DNA of 64,000 nucleotides from Mytilus edulis (Eukaryota): NCBI RefSeq assembly GCF_963676685.1, contig NC_092345.1, positions 47,616,001 to 47,680,000 of the forward strand, read 5' to 3'. Shown piece by piece: positions 54,201 to 64,000 of this stretch (position 1 is its first letter; each line of letters starts with the position of its first letter). The notes under the pieces were generated by a model. It saw only the letters and a program-made list of their open reading frames with translations, ran no database searches and was not told where the DNA came from. The position numbers and the translations under genes were made by a program.

Positions 54201-57200
54201 ACCCGTAGAGTTTTGAATAGAACATGTAGAATTTCAAATGGGATCCTTAAAAGTCCCGCAAACCTTTAAAACAACCCAGAAAATCAAGGAAATCAAAATA
54301 GAGCTTTTTATTTCTTTATTAATCCCGAAAATGTTTTTTTTTGTGGTACGAAATTCGGGTATACAGGATAGAGTTGGTGTGCGATATGTGAAAAATCGAT
54401 TTAATTCAAATGACTCAAATCCCGTATCTCTGGTAAAAGCTAGTTTGAAAATCCGTACAAAGTGTTTATGAAACAACGGACAATCATAGGTGGAATTTAA
54501 AACATTTTCTTTGGCGGGCGTATAGTACATAAGAGTTCATTAGACAGTTATACTCTACTTCAATTAATATGCTTAAGATTATTGTTAATTTGGGAATTAC
54601 GGAACAATACCAAAACTGACATCTTGTCGAACAGACAGAATCTTCCTCACCCAAAGTTTGCAATACTAAATGCTATATGTTATAGCTTTTTCGTGTTTGA
54701 AACTTAAAATATTGAATATCTTTTTTATACCTATCTAAATTTTCAGTACTGGATATCATTCATATCACATTCCTCGGGGTTTGAATACTAATAGAATTGA
54801 GAATGGAAATAGGGAATGTGTCAAAGAGAAAAAAAAAAAAACGACCAAAAAGCAGGCAACAGCCGAAGATACCTTCTAGTGTATAAATATTGAATACCAG
54901 TACTTACATCATAATCAATTTTTATTAAAATGTATATAAATTTTTCTATTTTTTATTCTCATGACTTTATTGCAGGTGAATTGGGTTTGTGGAAGACTCA
55001 AGAACATTATTATTCTATTATCAAATATATATGTTTCACTTAATAAAGGTATATAAAAAAAATAGATGCAGTTAATTTGATTTGAGCTCAGTGTGGCTAT
55101 CAACCCGACCTAGCTAATGTAGCTACAAGAGCCGAAAATGAGGTCAGATACTACTCGATGTAGACACAACTACAAACTAATTTCTTAAATTGTTGTGGAC
55201 AAAGATGAAAATAAAAGTTAGACACATGTAATTACCAACTCAAACTTTAATATACAGAATGTATCGGAATTAATAAACCATGCATTAAAGTTCACTACAA
55301 ACTGCCCTGAGTCTGAAAATACCATATTTTGTGTTCGACCAGTCAGGTCGAGCACAGATTGTACATGATGTAAGACTCGACATAATTACAACAGTACTTA
55401 ACCATTTTAACTGTACTCGAATTTTGTCTCAACTGCACTTCATAAGTTTGATTCAGTACTTGATACTATTTGTAAAGCCTAAAATAGTCTGAACAAGTCT
55501 CGACTCAGTCTCGACCAATCTCGACCTGTCTCGACCAGTCTTGATCTGTCTCGACAAAGCTTGACCTGTCTCGACCATTCTTGACTGAGTCTCAACCAGT
55601 CTCGACCTGTCTAGACTCAGTCTTTACATTTAAATTTAGTCTCTACTAGTATGAATGAGTCCATCTTACTTTATTATGTATTGATCTTACAAAATTTCAG
55701 GTAAATCGGTAGTTTGGTTAGTTGCTGTCAAATTAAAGGATGTAATTAGTAGGTTAAAAAGCTAGAGTTTTGATTATATTTCAGATAGTTGCCTTTAATT
55801 ATTTCTATAATTTTTTAAATCAACTTGGATTTTTATAAAACTCTACTGTTAATTGAATTATACATAACTCTTACAAAATTCCAGGTTGTTTGGTAATTTG
55901 GTAAATTTCTGTCAAATTTTAGGATTTTATTATTAGGTTAAAAAAACTTAAATTTACTGTTCTGACTGAATTCAGATAGTCATCTTTAAGTTTGTTCAAT
56001 CTTTTTTTATGTCACCCTGACGGAGGTAGGGTGACATATTGTTATTGTTCCATTCTTGTTATGGCTGCCGTCGCCATAGCAACAAAAAAATTAATAAAAA
56101 TTAAGATCTGAAAATTTTATGAAAATTTTAAAAACAATAGAATGATCTATATGCATTCATAAATGCAAACTTTCAAAATGGCTGCCGTTTAGTGGCAATT
56201 GGTGGACAAGGGTGACATTCGCTATTGCTCGCAATGGCAATGGCAATTCTAGTTCAAATTCTACTTGTAATTTCTTTTAACTATACAGCTATCTCAGTTA
56301 TATTTTAATCTTTCAGAATGCAAGATTGCCTGGTAGGTTGGTGTTTTATTATCTAATTTAAGGATTAGAGAAAAATAAGTGATAAAGCCCCCCCCCCCCC
56401 CTCTTTTTTTATAGCTCAGACTGAATTTAGAAAGTAGTAAATTTTTTATTGTGTATTTCTTTTCAAAATCAGTTACAAAATATACACCCATTTCAGTTAT
56501 ATATTGACCTTACAGAATGTCAGATTGTTGGTTGTTTGGTTCATTGACGTCAAATTTAAGAATCCAATTAACAGGTAAAAAAAATCTACAATTTTCAAAT
56601 TTTCGGTTTAGACTGTTGACATTATGTCAAGTCTTATCAAATAAAATCTGTGCTTAACGTACCATATCGCTTTTCAGACGCTGTGCAGTTTGTATTGATA
56701 ACCAGAGTAATAGGTTTATCAGATTGAACACGGGAAATAAATAAATGTTTGCAGTCTTTTTGTTCCAAAATGAAGTTAAAACTGAAATATTTTTTATCCC
56801 TAAAAAAAAGTTAATATCTTCCCAAACTATAAAATTATATCGTCATATACATTTCCTTTTACTGTTAAATATACAAAGCTTACTTTATATACTCGTAAAT
56901 ATACAATGAAAATTACGAAAGCAACAATGTATACTATATTTACAATGCTGATGATTTGGTCCTGACTGGTGATGTTGATCATTAAAACATGTAAATAAAG
57001 GCGAAAATGATGGTTTTGACATTTCATCGCATACAATATGGCATAGGGAAACAATATACCTCTGAATTGTTTCCGTAAGCGTAACACAAAAGTGCTAACT
57101 TAAAAAAAAAATATAGAACTAGAAAAAATAAAACAAAAATGTTCTTGGGTACGCTTTCTATACCCAAACTCACTCTACAAAAAACTGCGCAATTCATTAA

Positions 57201-60200
57201 AATTGTGCATTTTCCAAGTTTAGACATGTCCTGATTCTGTGCTGGTGAATCCTGACACGGGACTGGTGATGTTTGTAAATAGTTGGTCCTATTTAAAACA
57301 AACGTTCAGGAAAGAATAAAATTAGGCCGATAATTGTATCTAATCGGATTTGTGACTCACACTTTTACTTTTGTGCATCTATTTGGCTGTTAAATAAGCG
57401 TTTTCAAATAATCGTAACTTACATTACACAAAAGAGCAACATCTTCCGTCAGATGAAAATTTATCATATTAAAGAACTTTAGTTAGCGCGCTCTCATACA
57501 GGACGTCTTCGCATTGTCACTGGACAAATAAAATAACTCTAAGAAAAAAAATTGAATAATAATTTCATTTGTCGATAAGCACATCAGCATATTATGTCCT
57601 TATTATCTTAAAAGTTTCATGTAATTCTGTTGTGATGTTTCAGAGAAGTTGAGATAACAAACATTTGTAAAACGTCACCAGTGTCTGAGTAGAAAGTTGA
57701 TGAGCCAGGGATATGTCAAAGAACGTCTCGTCCTTTTTCTTAAAAAAAGTTCATCGGAAGGTACCAAGACCTTGTTGATAAATATTCCGTATCAACTTCA
57801 CAAATAATACATGATGGTCTTGATGTATAGATTCTACCTACTGATGTTGTTTATCATCTTAACAACGTGTTTTATTGTTATTTCATTTGTCTTTGTTCTA
57901 TTATTTATATTACTTTTACTGTTGGATTTATTTATGTGATATCTGTTTAACGTTGCTTTAACGTTAACTTATATATCCCGTCAATGCTTTTGTATTGTCT
58001 TTCATTTTTTAGTAATGTGTTTTGTATTTGCGACTTTTAGTATTTCTTATAACGTGACTCTCTACTTTTAAAGATCCCGTCAGTATGCTATTGTTCTATT
58101 TTATGTCATTATGATATATTTATATTATGAATTACAAAATACGTTGAACCACAAACGTCAAAATTATTCAATCGCGTAGTGGAATTAACTGTTTGTGGAT
58201 TCTTATAAATTCTATATAACTTTTGGACTATTTTAAATCTCGGTCTATTTCTGAAATTTATTCTTACATACTTTTGATTTTTTAACCCTGTATGCTAACA
58301 TTGCCTATGTGAAATTTTAAATTGTTTGTATGTACATTGAACGACAAATATATGTGACGTATAAAATTTTCTGACGTCAGACACGCAAATCAATGAATGT
58401 GTATGTAGATATATGTTTTTGTGTTCTGTTAAATTGTTCCTTTTAAAATTGTTACACGCTGATGACTGCTGTACCCATATTTTGACTATTTTATTTATCG
58501 AGTCTGTTTAGTTATCATCGTTGTAAATATATTGTGTCTGTTTAGTTAACGCATCATTGTAAATATAACGGAATTTGATGAACCTGTCATCAAAGTGAGA
58601 GGGTTAGCGCTATAAAACCAGGTTTAATCCACCATTTCCTACATTTGAAAATGCCTGTACCTAGTCAGAAATATGACAGTGTTTGTCCATTCGTTTTTGA
58701 TGCGTTTTGTTATTTGATTTTGCCATGTGATTATTGACTTTCCGAATTGATTTTCCTCTAAGCTCAGTATTTTCGTGATTTTACTTTTTGCAGTAGTATA
58801 TTTAGGCAAATATGTTCGAAGGGGAATAACTCCTAGAAAAAAATTTGAATCATAATTTCCGGTCTATATGCACATCTACATAGCATGTCCTTAATATCTA
58901 ATCAGGTTTCATGACATTCTGTTGTGTGGTTTCAGATGAGTTGCGACGACAAATTGTTGCAGTAGTATATTAAGGCAAATAAGTTCAATGGGGCGTAACT
59001 CCTAGGAAAAAAATTGTATTGTAATTTCCTGTCGATATGCACATCTGCATAGTATGTCATTATTTATACAAAGTTTCATAAAATTCTTTTGTGTAGTTTC
59101 AGAGAAGTTGCGATGACAAATTGTTGGAGTAGTATATTGGGGCAAATAAGTTCAAAGGGGCACAGCTCCTAGAAAAAAATGGATCATATTGTCCTGTCTA
59201 TATGTACATCTACATAGTATGTCCTTGTTATTTAAAAACATTTCATGAAATTCCGCTGTGTGGTTTCAGATGAGTTGCGATGATAAAATTTAGTAAATGT
59301 TTTGAATAGTTTGTGAAACCAATAACCTGGTTTACTAAAAACATGTTCAAACCCGACGCATGTATGCGTCTGTCCAAAGTTAGGAGCCTTTTACCTATGT
59401 CAGTCTTGTCTTTTTTTTATATCGTTGTTATATATATGGTTTCTGATAGAAAGTTGTCAATTTACAAGCATTCCACATAATATTTTGCAAATATGTTTTG
59501 GATTATTTGCACCATATTTTAATGGTCATGCAAAAGGATCATAATCCAGCATTTCATATGCATAAATATATTGTCTTATCTCTAAGGGGTCAACTTTGCT
59601 CATATAAAATATCCACCAAGTTGCATCATGGTCTTGAACATTTGCCACCTTTAACTAAAATATAAAGGCACAGCACATGGACATAGTTGAAGAGAACCAG
59701 GACCGTTTTACATAATCACCAGCACGTCGTCAGGACAATTTCGTTAGCGAATTGTCACGACATTGCAAAACAAAATTGTAGATAGATTTATTGCATGGTA
59801 CTTACAACGTATCAAAGAAAAATTAAGCAACAGAACGGTTGTTTTATGGCCGTTTTGATACAATGTTAATAAACCCATCAGCACGAATCAGGACCCACCA
59901 GTACCAGTCAGAACCGAATCATTAGCACAGAACGTTCTCTAGCAGGACAACCTTACCGTCTGTGTAGTGCGTTAAAAGCTAAATATTTAATTTCATTTAT
60001 ACTGATTTACAAAATAATAGCAAATAATTTTCATTTTTTTTTATCATAGTATATTACTTTTTGCAAAATTCCAAACATTGATTTGTAGGTTTTTAGAATT
60101 AACTACTATTAATAATCTGTAATTCTATATAAACAGCATCATAAACATCAAGAGGTTGTTAACTGTTGTTTAAATTTTTCAAACATGCTGGCAATTTGAC

Positions 60201-62715
60201 AAAAACACAGTTCTAAAAATCTTTAGCAAAGAACATGTTTTCCTATCTAGCATTTTCTAGACAGAAGACTTCATAGCTTAGAATCAAATTAAAGGATTTG
60301 TATCATAAACACTTTTATGGCCACCTCCTGGAACTTACTAATGGTTGTTGGTGTCTTCTAAACCATCAAACAGGAGAAAACTTAGCCTAAAAAAATACAA
60401 CAAACAAACCTCAAAGTAAAATATGTACTTACAATAATTGATTTTCCCACAGATATTATGCCACTTATACATCCAAAAATTGTATCAATAACACAAGTCT
60501 TAATGATAGTTTTGACACAGTCACAAGACAGAGGTGTCACAGGTTTATATTCTTTTGAAGATGCAGAGGGATCTCCTTTAGGAGGACTGTTTGTATCTAC
60601 AATGAGAACATAATTAAAACTGCAGTTTTACACTATAATATATTTCTAAATAAAATAGAACTAAACACACTACTAGTATTTAATTGACGAAAAGTTATTT
60701 CAATGTGAGGAAAAATCATTAGAACTGACCTACCATTACAAAATTCTAAGAAGGTAAATACCTTATTATTCTTACTGTTGATACCAATACTCACATTCAC
60801 ACAACACGAGTTGTACACAGTCGTCATACCTGCTGCCACCATAACTAACATTCGTTCAACGAGATGAGTACATCATCGCCATACATATCACTAACATTAA
60901 AAAATTTCAGATAACAAGACGAGTACACACTTATCATATACGAAACTACACATGTACATTACTCACGTTCTTACAACAAGATTAGTGCACAGTCACGATA
61001 CATGCAACTAATGGTGTACCATTACTAAACATCTCACGTACACATCATACCTGTCTTACAACAAAATGAGTGAAAAATTGTCATTACTACAATTACAATT
61101 AGAAAACTTAATGAATACACAATCACACTACCTGAATTGTCAATAGTATTACTCACATTCTAACACGTGTGTCCATTTGGTTCAATTTTCATCATTCAGC
61201 ATTCAAAATTCATTTTTTTTTATTCTTGCATTCATTTTCAACATTCAACATTCATCTTTTTTTGTTTAACTTTTTTTTCACTTTGACTTTCAACTTTCAA
61301 CATTCGATTTTCAACTTTCTACATTCGTTTTCAACATTCAACATTAGTTTTCAATATTCAACATTCATTTTCAACAATCGCTTTTCAACTTTCAACATTC
61401 GTTTTCAACATTCAACATTAGTTTTCAACATTCAACATTCGTTTTTAACATTCGATTTACAACTTTCAACATTCGTTTTCAACATTCGTTTTCAACATTC
61501 GATTTTAAACTTTCAACATTCGTTTTCAACATTCAACATCCAGTCCGCAGATATGTACAACAAAGTGTGTACACAATTCCCATACCTGACACTACCATAG
61601 TTAATATTTTTTAAAGAAAATGGTACACAATTAGCTTTCCTATTGATCTGATTACAAATAGTCTTACAACACGATTGGTACACAATCATCGAACCTTCTG
61701 CTTCAATAATTCAAATTCTTGCAGCAAGACATTTACACAATCATCATACCTGCTGCTACTGGTACTCACATCCTTACAAAAAGATGTGTACACAGGCGTC
61801 ATATTATCTGCTGCTATCGTTCTTATCATTTCTATAACAATTTAAAAGGCGTTCACAATCTTCGTGTTTACCGTTTCCATAACTTAAATTATTACAGCGA
61901 TATAAGTACTAATACTCAAATATCAAGCATGCTGCTACATTTGTACCATTAAGAAATTCTTACACCTATTGCTAGGTTAGTACATAGTATTCAAAGATGC
62001 TGATACCATTACTAATATTTGTTTCTAAAATACTAAATAATGAGTACAATTGCACCAAAAATAATTACCATACTGAAATTTGAAAACACTCTTACAGCTG
62101 CAACTTTCTCTACTTTTCGTGCTTTTCGTGTCATTTACAATTTTTTTTTATTCAAATGATGACTGTTCATATAATCATGTTTAAGATGTCTAGTATATTT
62201 TGGAGTTTAGTATGACTGCTATTATCATGGAACTATTACACAATTTTGTCAGGGGCCAGATGAAGCACGCCTCTGGGTGCGGATTTGTCTCGCTGAATTG
62301 AAGATCAATTGGTGGTCCTCGGCTGTATTCTGCTCTTTCGTCGGGTTGTTGTCTCTTTGACACATTCCTCATTTCATTCACAGCTCTATTAAAGAATAAC
62401 GATGTAAAAATACTAACGGGTTCCTTGTCCTGTATTAACAGGATTATCATCATCATCACCACCAGTACCACCACCACCACCACTACCACAATCACCAGCA
62501 CAAAAAGGGAGTGGTGGTCGCCCAGGATATTGTCTTTTATCTGCTATATCCTCTTTTCCTGTTTTTTTACTTTGACCACATACATAGTCCCACAAAACAG
62601 CCAATCCACACACGAAACAACTAAGACTTCTTTTTCTTCTTGTCTTCTGTAATGTCACTAAAACCTGTACTTTGATTGACGTGTTTGCTGCAAGACTACC
62701 TATCTCATCAACAGT
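21089..62715 (-). CDS. Large type I membrane glycoprotein (bacterial-like module + cadherin + S/T stalk + 3 EGF + 2 SEA + TM); 3' 23 exons, 5' end outside window
   Basis: Hand-spliced GT-AG exons: 62418-62715, 60433-60596, 53513-53625, 52933-53082, 51644-51813, 50489-50682, 48491-48692, 39627-41303, 38629-38817, 37057-37176, 35667-35792, 34380-34505, 33928-34040, 32212-32270, 31276-31445, 30187-30270, 28780-28898, 27899-27957, 26473-26666, 25313-25388, 24512-24576, 21679-21835, 21089-21209. All phases are compatible. Total 4746 nt, open to TAA. Confidence 0.88.
21679..21835 (-). CDS. Transmembrane exon
   Basis: [29 protein letters not shown] followed by the basic stop-transfer RSKKRK. Confidence 0.88.
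24512..24576 (-). CDS. Juxtamembrane Ser/Thr exon
   Basis: [21 protein letters not shown]; phase 2-1. Confidence 0.75.
24967..25233. mobile_element. Hairpin-plus-inverted-repeat element (possibly non-autonomous Crypton-like)
   Basis: Hairpin arms 24967-24989 and 25043-25065 (22/23 match), then TTATCGCTATTTT .. AAAATAGCGATAA. Confidence 0.5.
25313..25388 (-). CDS. Four-Cys EGF-like exon 2
   Basis: [25 protein letters not shown]. Confidence 0.8.
26473..28898 (-). CDS. SEA-like domain 2 (exons 28780-28898, 27899-27957, 26473-26666)
   Basis: [26 protein letters not shown] / ..YINVTDFR / ..SLVVIFN; same exon phases as SEA 1. Confidence 0.75.
28152..28490 (+). mobile_element. Retrozyme/Penelope-type repeat with a variant hammerhead (28420-28461)
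   Basis: GCGTTC-CTGGTGA-AGGTAAATCCA-GAAA-AGCACT-TC-GGACGC. Stem I pairs; the core has A6>G. Body homologous to 1600-1800. Confidence 0.65.
29385..29468 (+). ncRNA. Degenerate type I hammerhead ribozyme (retrozyme fragment)
   Basis: CCGATGA-GTCT-TTTGT-AGAC-GAAA-CGCGCG-TC-TGGCGT (U4>C), followed by the same tail as 1501-1540. Confidence 0.65.
30187..30270 (-). CDS. Four-Cys EGF-like exon 1
   Basis: [28 protein letters not shown]. Confidence 0.8.
30661..30900. mobile_element. HINE-like short element (same family as 20357-20650)
   Basis: Shared start, core and GACG microsatellite. Confidence 0.65.
31276..34040 (-). CDS. SEA domain 1 (exons 33928-34040, 32212-32270, 31276-31445)
   Basis: [39 protein letters not shown] matches the SEA consensus. 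Confidence 0.85.
34380..34505 (-). CDS. EGF-like exon
   Basis: [39 protein letters not shown]; phase 1-1. Confidence 0.88.
35667..35792 (-). CDS. Calcium-binding EGF exon
   Basis: [39 protein letters not shown]. Confidence 0.92.
37057..37176 (-). CDS. Calcium-binding EGF exon
   Basis: [39 protein letters not shown]. Confidence 0.92.
37914..38120 (+). repeat. Dispersed SINE-like repeat
   Basis: GAATGGAAATGGG..TGTGTCAAA..ACAACAACCCGACC. Related copies at ~33640-33810 (-), 54795-54870 (+) and 62200-62390 (-). Confidence 0.6.
38629..38817 (-). CDS. Ser/Thr-rich mucin-like exon
   Basis: 63 codons, phase 1-1; paralogous to the end of exon 39627-41303. Confidence 0.75.
39627..41303 (-). CDS. 1677-bp exon: conserved beta-rich module, cadherin repeat, S/T stalk
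   Basis: Contains the 549-aa ORF. Cadherin motifs APIF..GHDID..FAID..G.I..VDHGIP..TITVTD at ~40205-39910. Confidence 0.92.
42140..44830 (+). mobile_element. Penelope-like retroelement, degenerate RT plus 3' region
   Basis: [68 protein letters not shown], with stops and frameshifts. Split by the HINE at 42966-43838. Confidence 0.8.
42966..43838. mobile_element. HINE with four 169-170-bp core repeats
   Basis: Units start at 43036/43205/43374/43544. (GGAC/GGAT)n microsatellite and terminal hairpin CCCGCCTAAAGGCGGG. Removing it rejoins the RT (STRI-(Y)DKRDD). Confidence 0.8.
45246..47200. mobile_element. HINE-like element with a ~9-unit 120-136-bp satellite array and a nested second HINE (~46634-47140)
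   Basis: AAGTCTCCCAAAC at the left end and hairpin AAGTCTCCAAACTTTGTTTGGGAGACTT at the right end. TTTTATTGTCCC recurs through 45310-46340. The nested element is related to 56005-56253. Confidence 0.7.
48064..48460. mobile_element. Kolobok-like MITE
   Basis: TTAA-GGATGTTTGCT .. AGCGAACATCC-TTAA. Related reversed fragment at ~23790-24080. Confidence 0.75.
48491..48692 (-). CDS. Exon starting the conserved beta-rich module
   Basis: [30 protein letters not shown].. Confidence 0.88.
48893..49530. mobile_element. Hairpin-plus-inverted-repeat element (possibly non-autonomous Crypton-like)
   Basis: Perfect 45-bp arms at 48893-48937 and 48997-49041, then TTATACTGCA (49042) .. TGCAGTATAA (49530). 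Confidence 0.6.
49937..50443. mobile_element. HINE-like fragment
   Basis: AGCTTACCTG start and CAGGTGAGCGACACAGG..CCTCTAGTT end, as at 60-99 and 238. Confidence 0.55.
50489..53625 (-). CDS. Four exons (53513-53625, 52933-53082, 51644-51813, 50489-50682): hydrophobic helix, RRRR site, helical domain
   Basis: Phase-compatible; ..[12 protein letters not shown].., [15 protein letters not shown]. Confidence 0.85.
55497..55622. repeat. 10-bp tandem repeat (GTCTCGACCw)
   Basis: About 12 degenerate copies. Confidence 0.8.
56005..56253. mobile_element. Short HINE-like element
   Basis: Hairpin TATGTCACCCT..AGGGTGACATA; second GGGTGACAT copy near the other end, finishing TTCTAGTT. Confidence 0.6.
57665..58790 (+). 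mobile_element. 3' fragment of the same Penelope-like family as 42140-44830
   Basis: Colinear with 43977-44822 (TTGTAAAACGTCACCAG..). Extends into a tail that is dispersed at many other sites in the window. Confidence 0.8.
58790..59290. repeat. Tandem repeat, three 167-169-bp units (a related unit at 57530-57665)
   Basis: AGTAGTATATT..GGCAAATA at 58792/58961/59128. Confidence 0.8.
60433..60596 (-). CDS. Cys-rich/hydrophobic exon
   Basis: ..[34 protein letters not shown]; phase 1-0. Confidence 0.82.
61185..61540. repeat. Low-complexity tandem repeat (TTCAACA / TTTTCAACATTCG)
   Basis: Directly visible; sits inside a degenerate ~55-60-bp repeat region (60790-61880). Confidence 0.85.
62418..62715 (-). 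CDS. First exon found in the window: RRKR site, Cys-rich and Gly/Asp-rich linker
   Basis: [55 protein letters not shown]. Confidence 0.85.
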
Positions 62716-64000
62716 CTGAATAAAAAAGTGTTCCGGATTATATTAAATAGTAAATTTGATTAATAAGAATATGTTTTAGGTAATTTTGATCATTTGTTTA
62801 AATTACCTGATGTTTACCTGATTTAAAGTCTCCCAACAAGGCACCATGAGTTGTCTATTTTTTTTAATTCAGAGAATAATTAGGATACTTACAATGCATA
62901 TTGATCCTTAAAAGGCACGTGACGCTCAGGTGACATTGTTTAAACGTATACTTTTTTTTTTTAAATCAAGACTATATATATCTTGAGTTGAAAATGTCTT
63001 TCTTATCCTAATTTGTCCTACACCAGTGTCTGACTAGTAATCATAATTTTCAAGATAATATAAAAACATACTTTGGATGGTTTAATTCTGTCTCGATGCA
63101 TTCATATTGATTTATTTAAAGACTGTGTGTTGCTGAACACACTAGTTGTTCAATAGTTCAGTATATCTGTAACAGTTGCTACGATATCAGGTAAATATTT
63201 AAAATTGGACAAAAATCATCATGTAAGGGTAGTAACTCTTACCAATAGCTAATTAGGGAATTTCAGTTGTTCCGATTTTACTAATCACTTTTACAGTTTA
63301 GAATGACGAGTGTGTTAAACATCTGACACAGCAACTGATTTATCTAAGTTAGATGTTTAGTATGAAGGCCATATGATACAGTTATAAAGGAGGTTATGAC
63401 GTTGCTAACGTAACATGTTATTTTCTTGACGTCAAACTGTGGCAAATCGGGGAAAATGTATTTTCCGACTGTATTTCATGCTTTCATCTGATTTAACTAG
63501 AAAATAAGTACACGAACCCCTCTTTTCTAAAATGTAATAAGGTTTGACTACGTATGAAGCTTGTTTGAACCCATTTAAATGAAAAGTCAACCTGGATTTT
63601 TTTTAATTTGATAAATATACCGTTGAAAATGCCGTATATTTCCAGAAATCTTGAAATTTGGTAAACATTAATAATTTCCAAAGAATTGTTGTGCATATTA
63701 AGGGAACATTAATTAAGATCTTCATAATGTTTTTAGAAAAAAATCCGTTTGTTCGTATCTGATGAATCAAAATATTAGGTGTGTCTATACCAAGGATAGA
63801 AATGTAAAAAAAAACGAAATGTAGAGTAAATGTCTAAAAGTTCGACACCTTCGGTGCTTAAAAGTGGCATTAAAACACCCAAAAATCAAAAATCAAATCA
63901 AATCTTTAGTGATTTAACGAAGATAAAATGCCCTTTTCTAATGAATCAACGACATATTATATAATATAACTCATCAAGAACAGCAACAGATGCAATCACC

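Noticed and set aside
61169-61600. 143-aa F/S/T/N-rich ORF
   Set aside because: Translation of a TTCAACA tandem repeat.
62190-62652. Poly-Val and poly-Thr ORFs
   Set aside because: Alternative frames or antisense of the GGT/GAT-rich exon 62418-62715.

Overview
AT-rich, repeat-dense animal genomic DNA. The repeat families (retrozyme-type hammerhead repeats, Helentron-like HINEs, Penelope-like fragments) point to a bivalve, probably a Mytilus mussel; this is inference. Positions 1-16 kb are a transposon nest. It holds a pol-less Gypsy element (999-5447, minus strand, TSD GTAC) and a TIR element (7474-15641). The TIR element contains a LINE fragment, which is itself interrupted by a young Bel/Pao LTR element (7705-13090; 546-bp LTRs, TSD TAAAT). 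That element keeps an intact Gag-protease ORF but has lost RT, RNase H and the integrase core. It has TA..CA ends and no tRNA-type PBS. Its PBS position is complementary to a splice junction inside its own LTR and also resembles the complement of the 5S rRNA 3' end. Positions 21-64 kb hold the 3' part of one minus-strand gene, which I assembled by hand into 23 phase-consistent exons (about 1581 aa, 5' end outside the window). It encodes a type I membrane protein: a furin-flanked Cys/Gly-rich hydrophobic segment, a module resembling giant bacterial CARDB-type surface proteins, cadherin, Ser/Thr stalk, 3 EGF, 2x(SEA + Cys module), TM helix and a short tail. Its introns carry many MITEs, HINEs, Penelope-like fragments and satellites.
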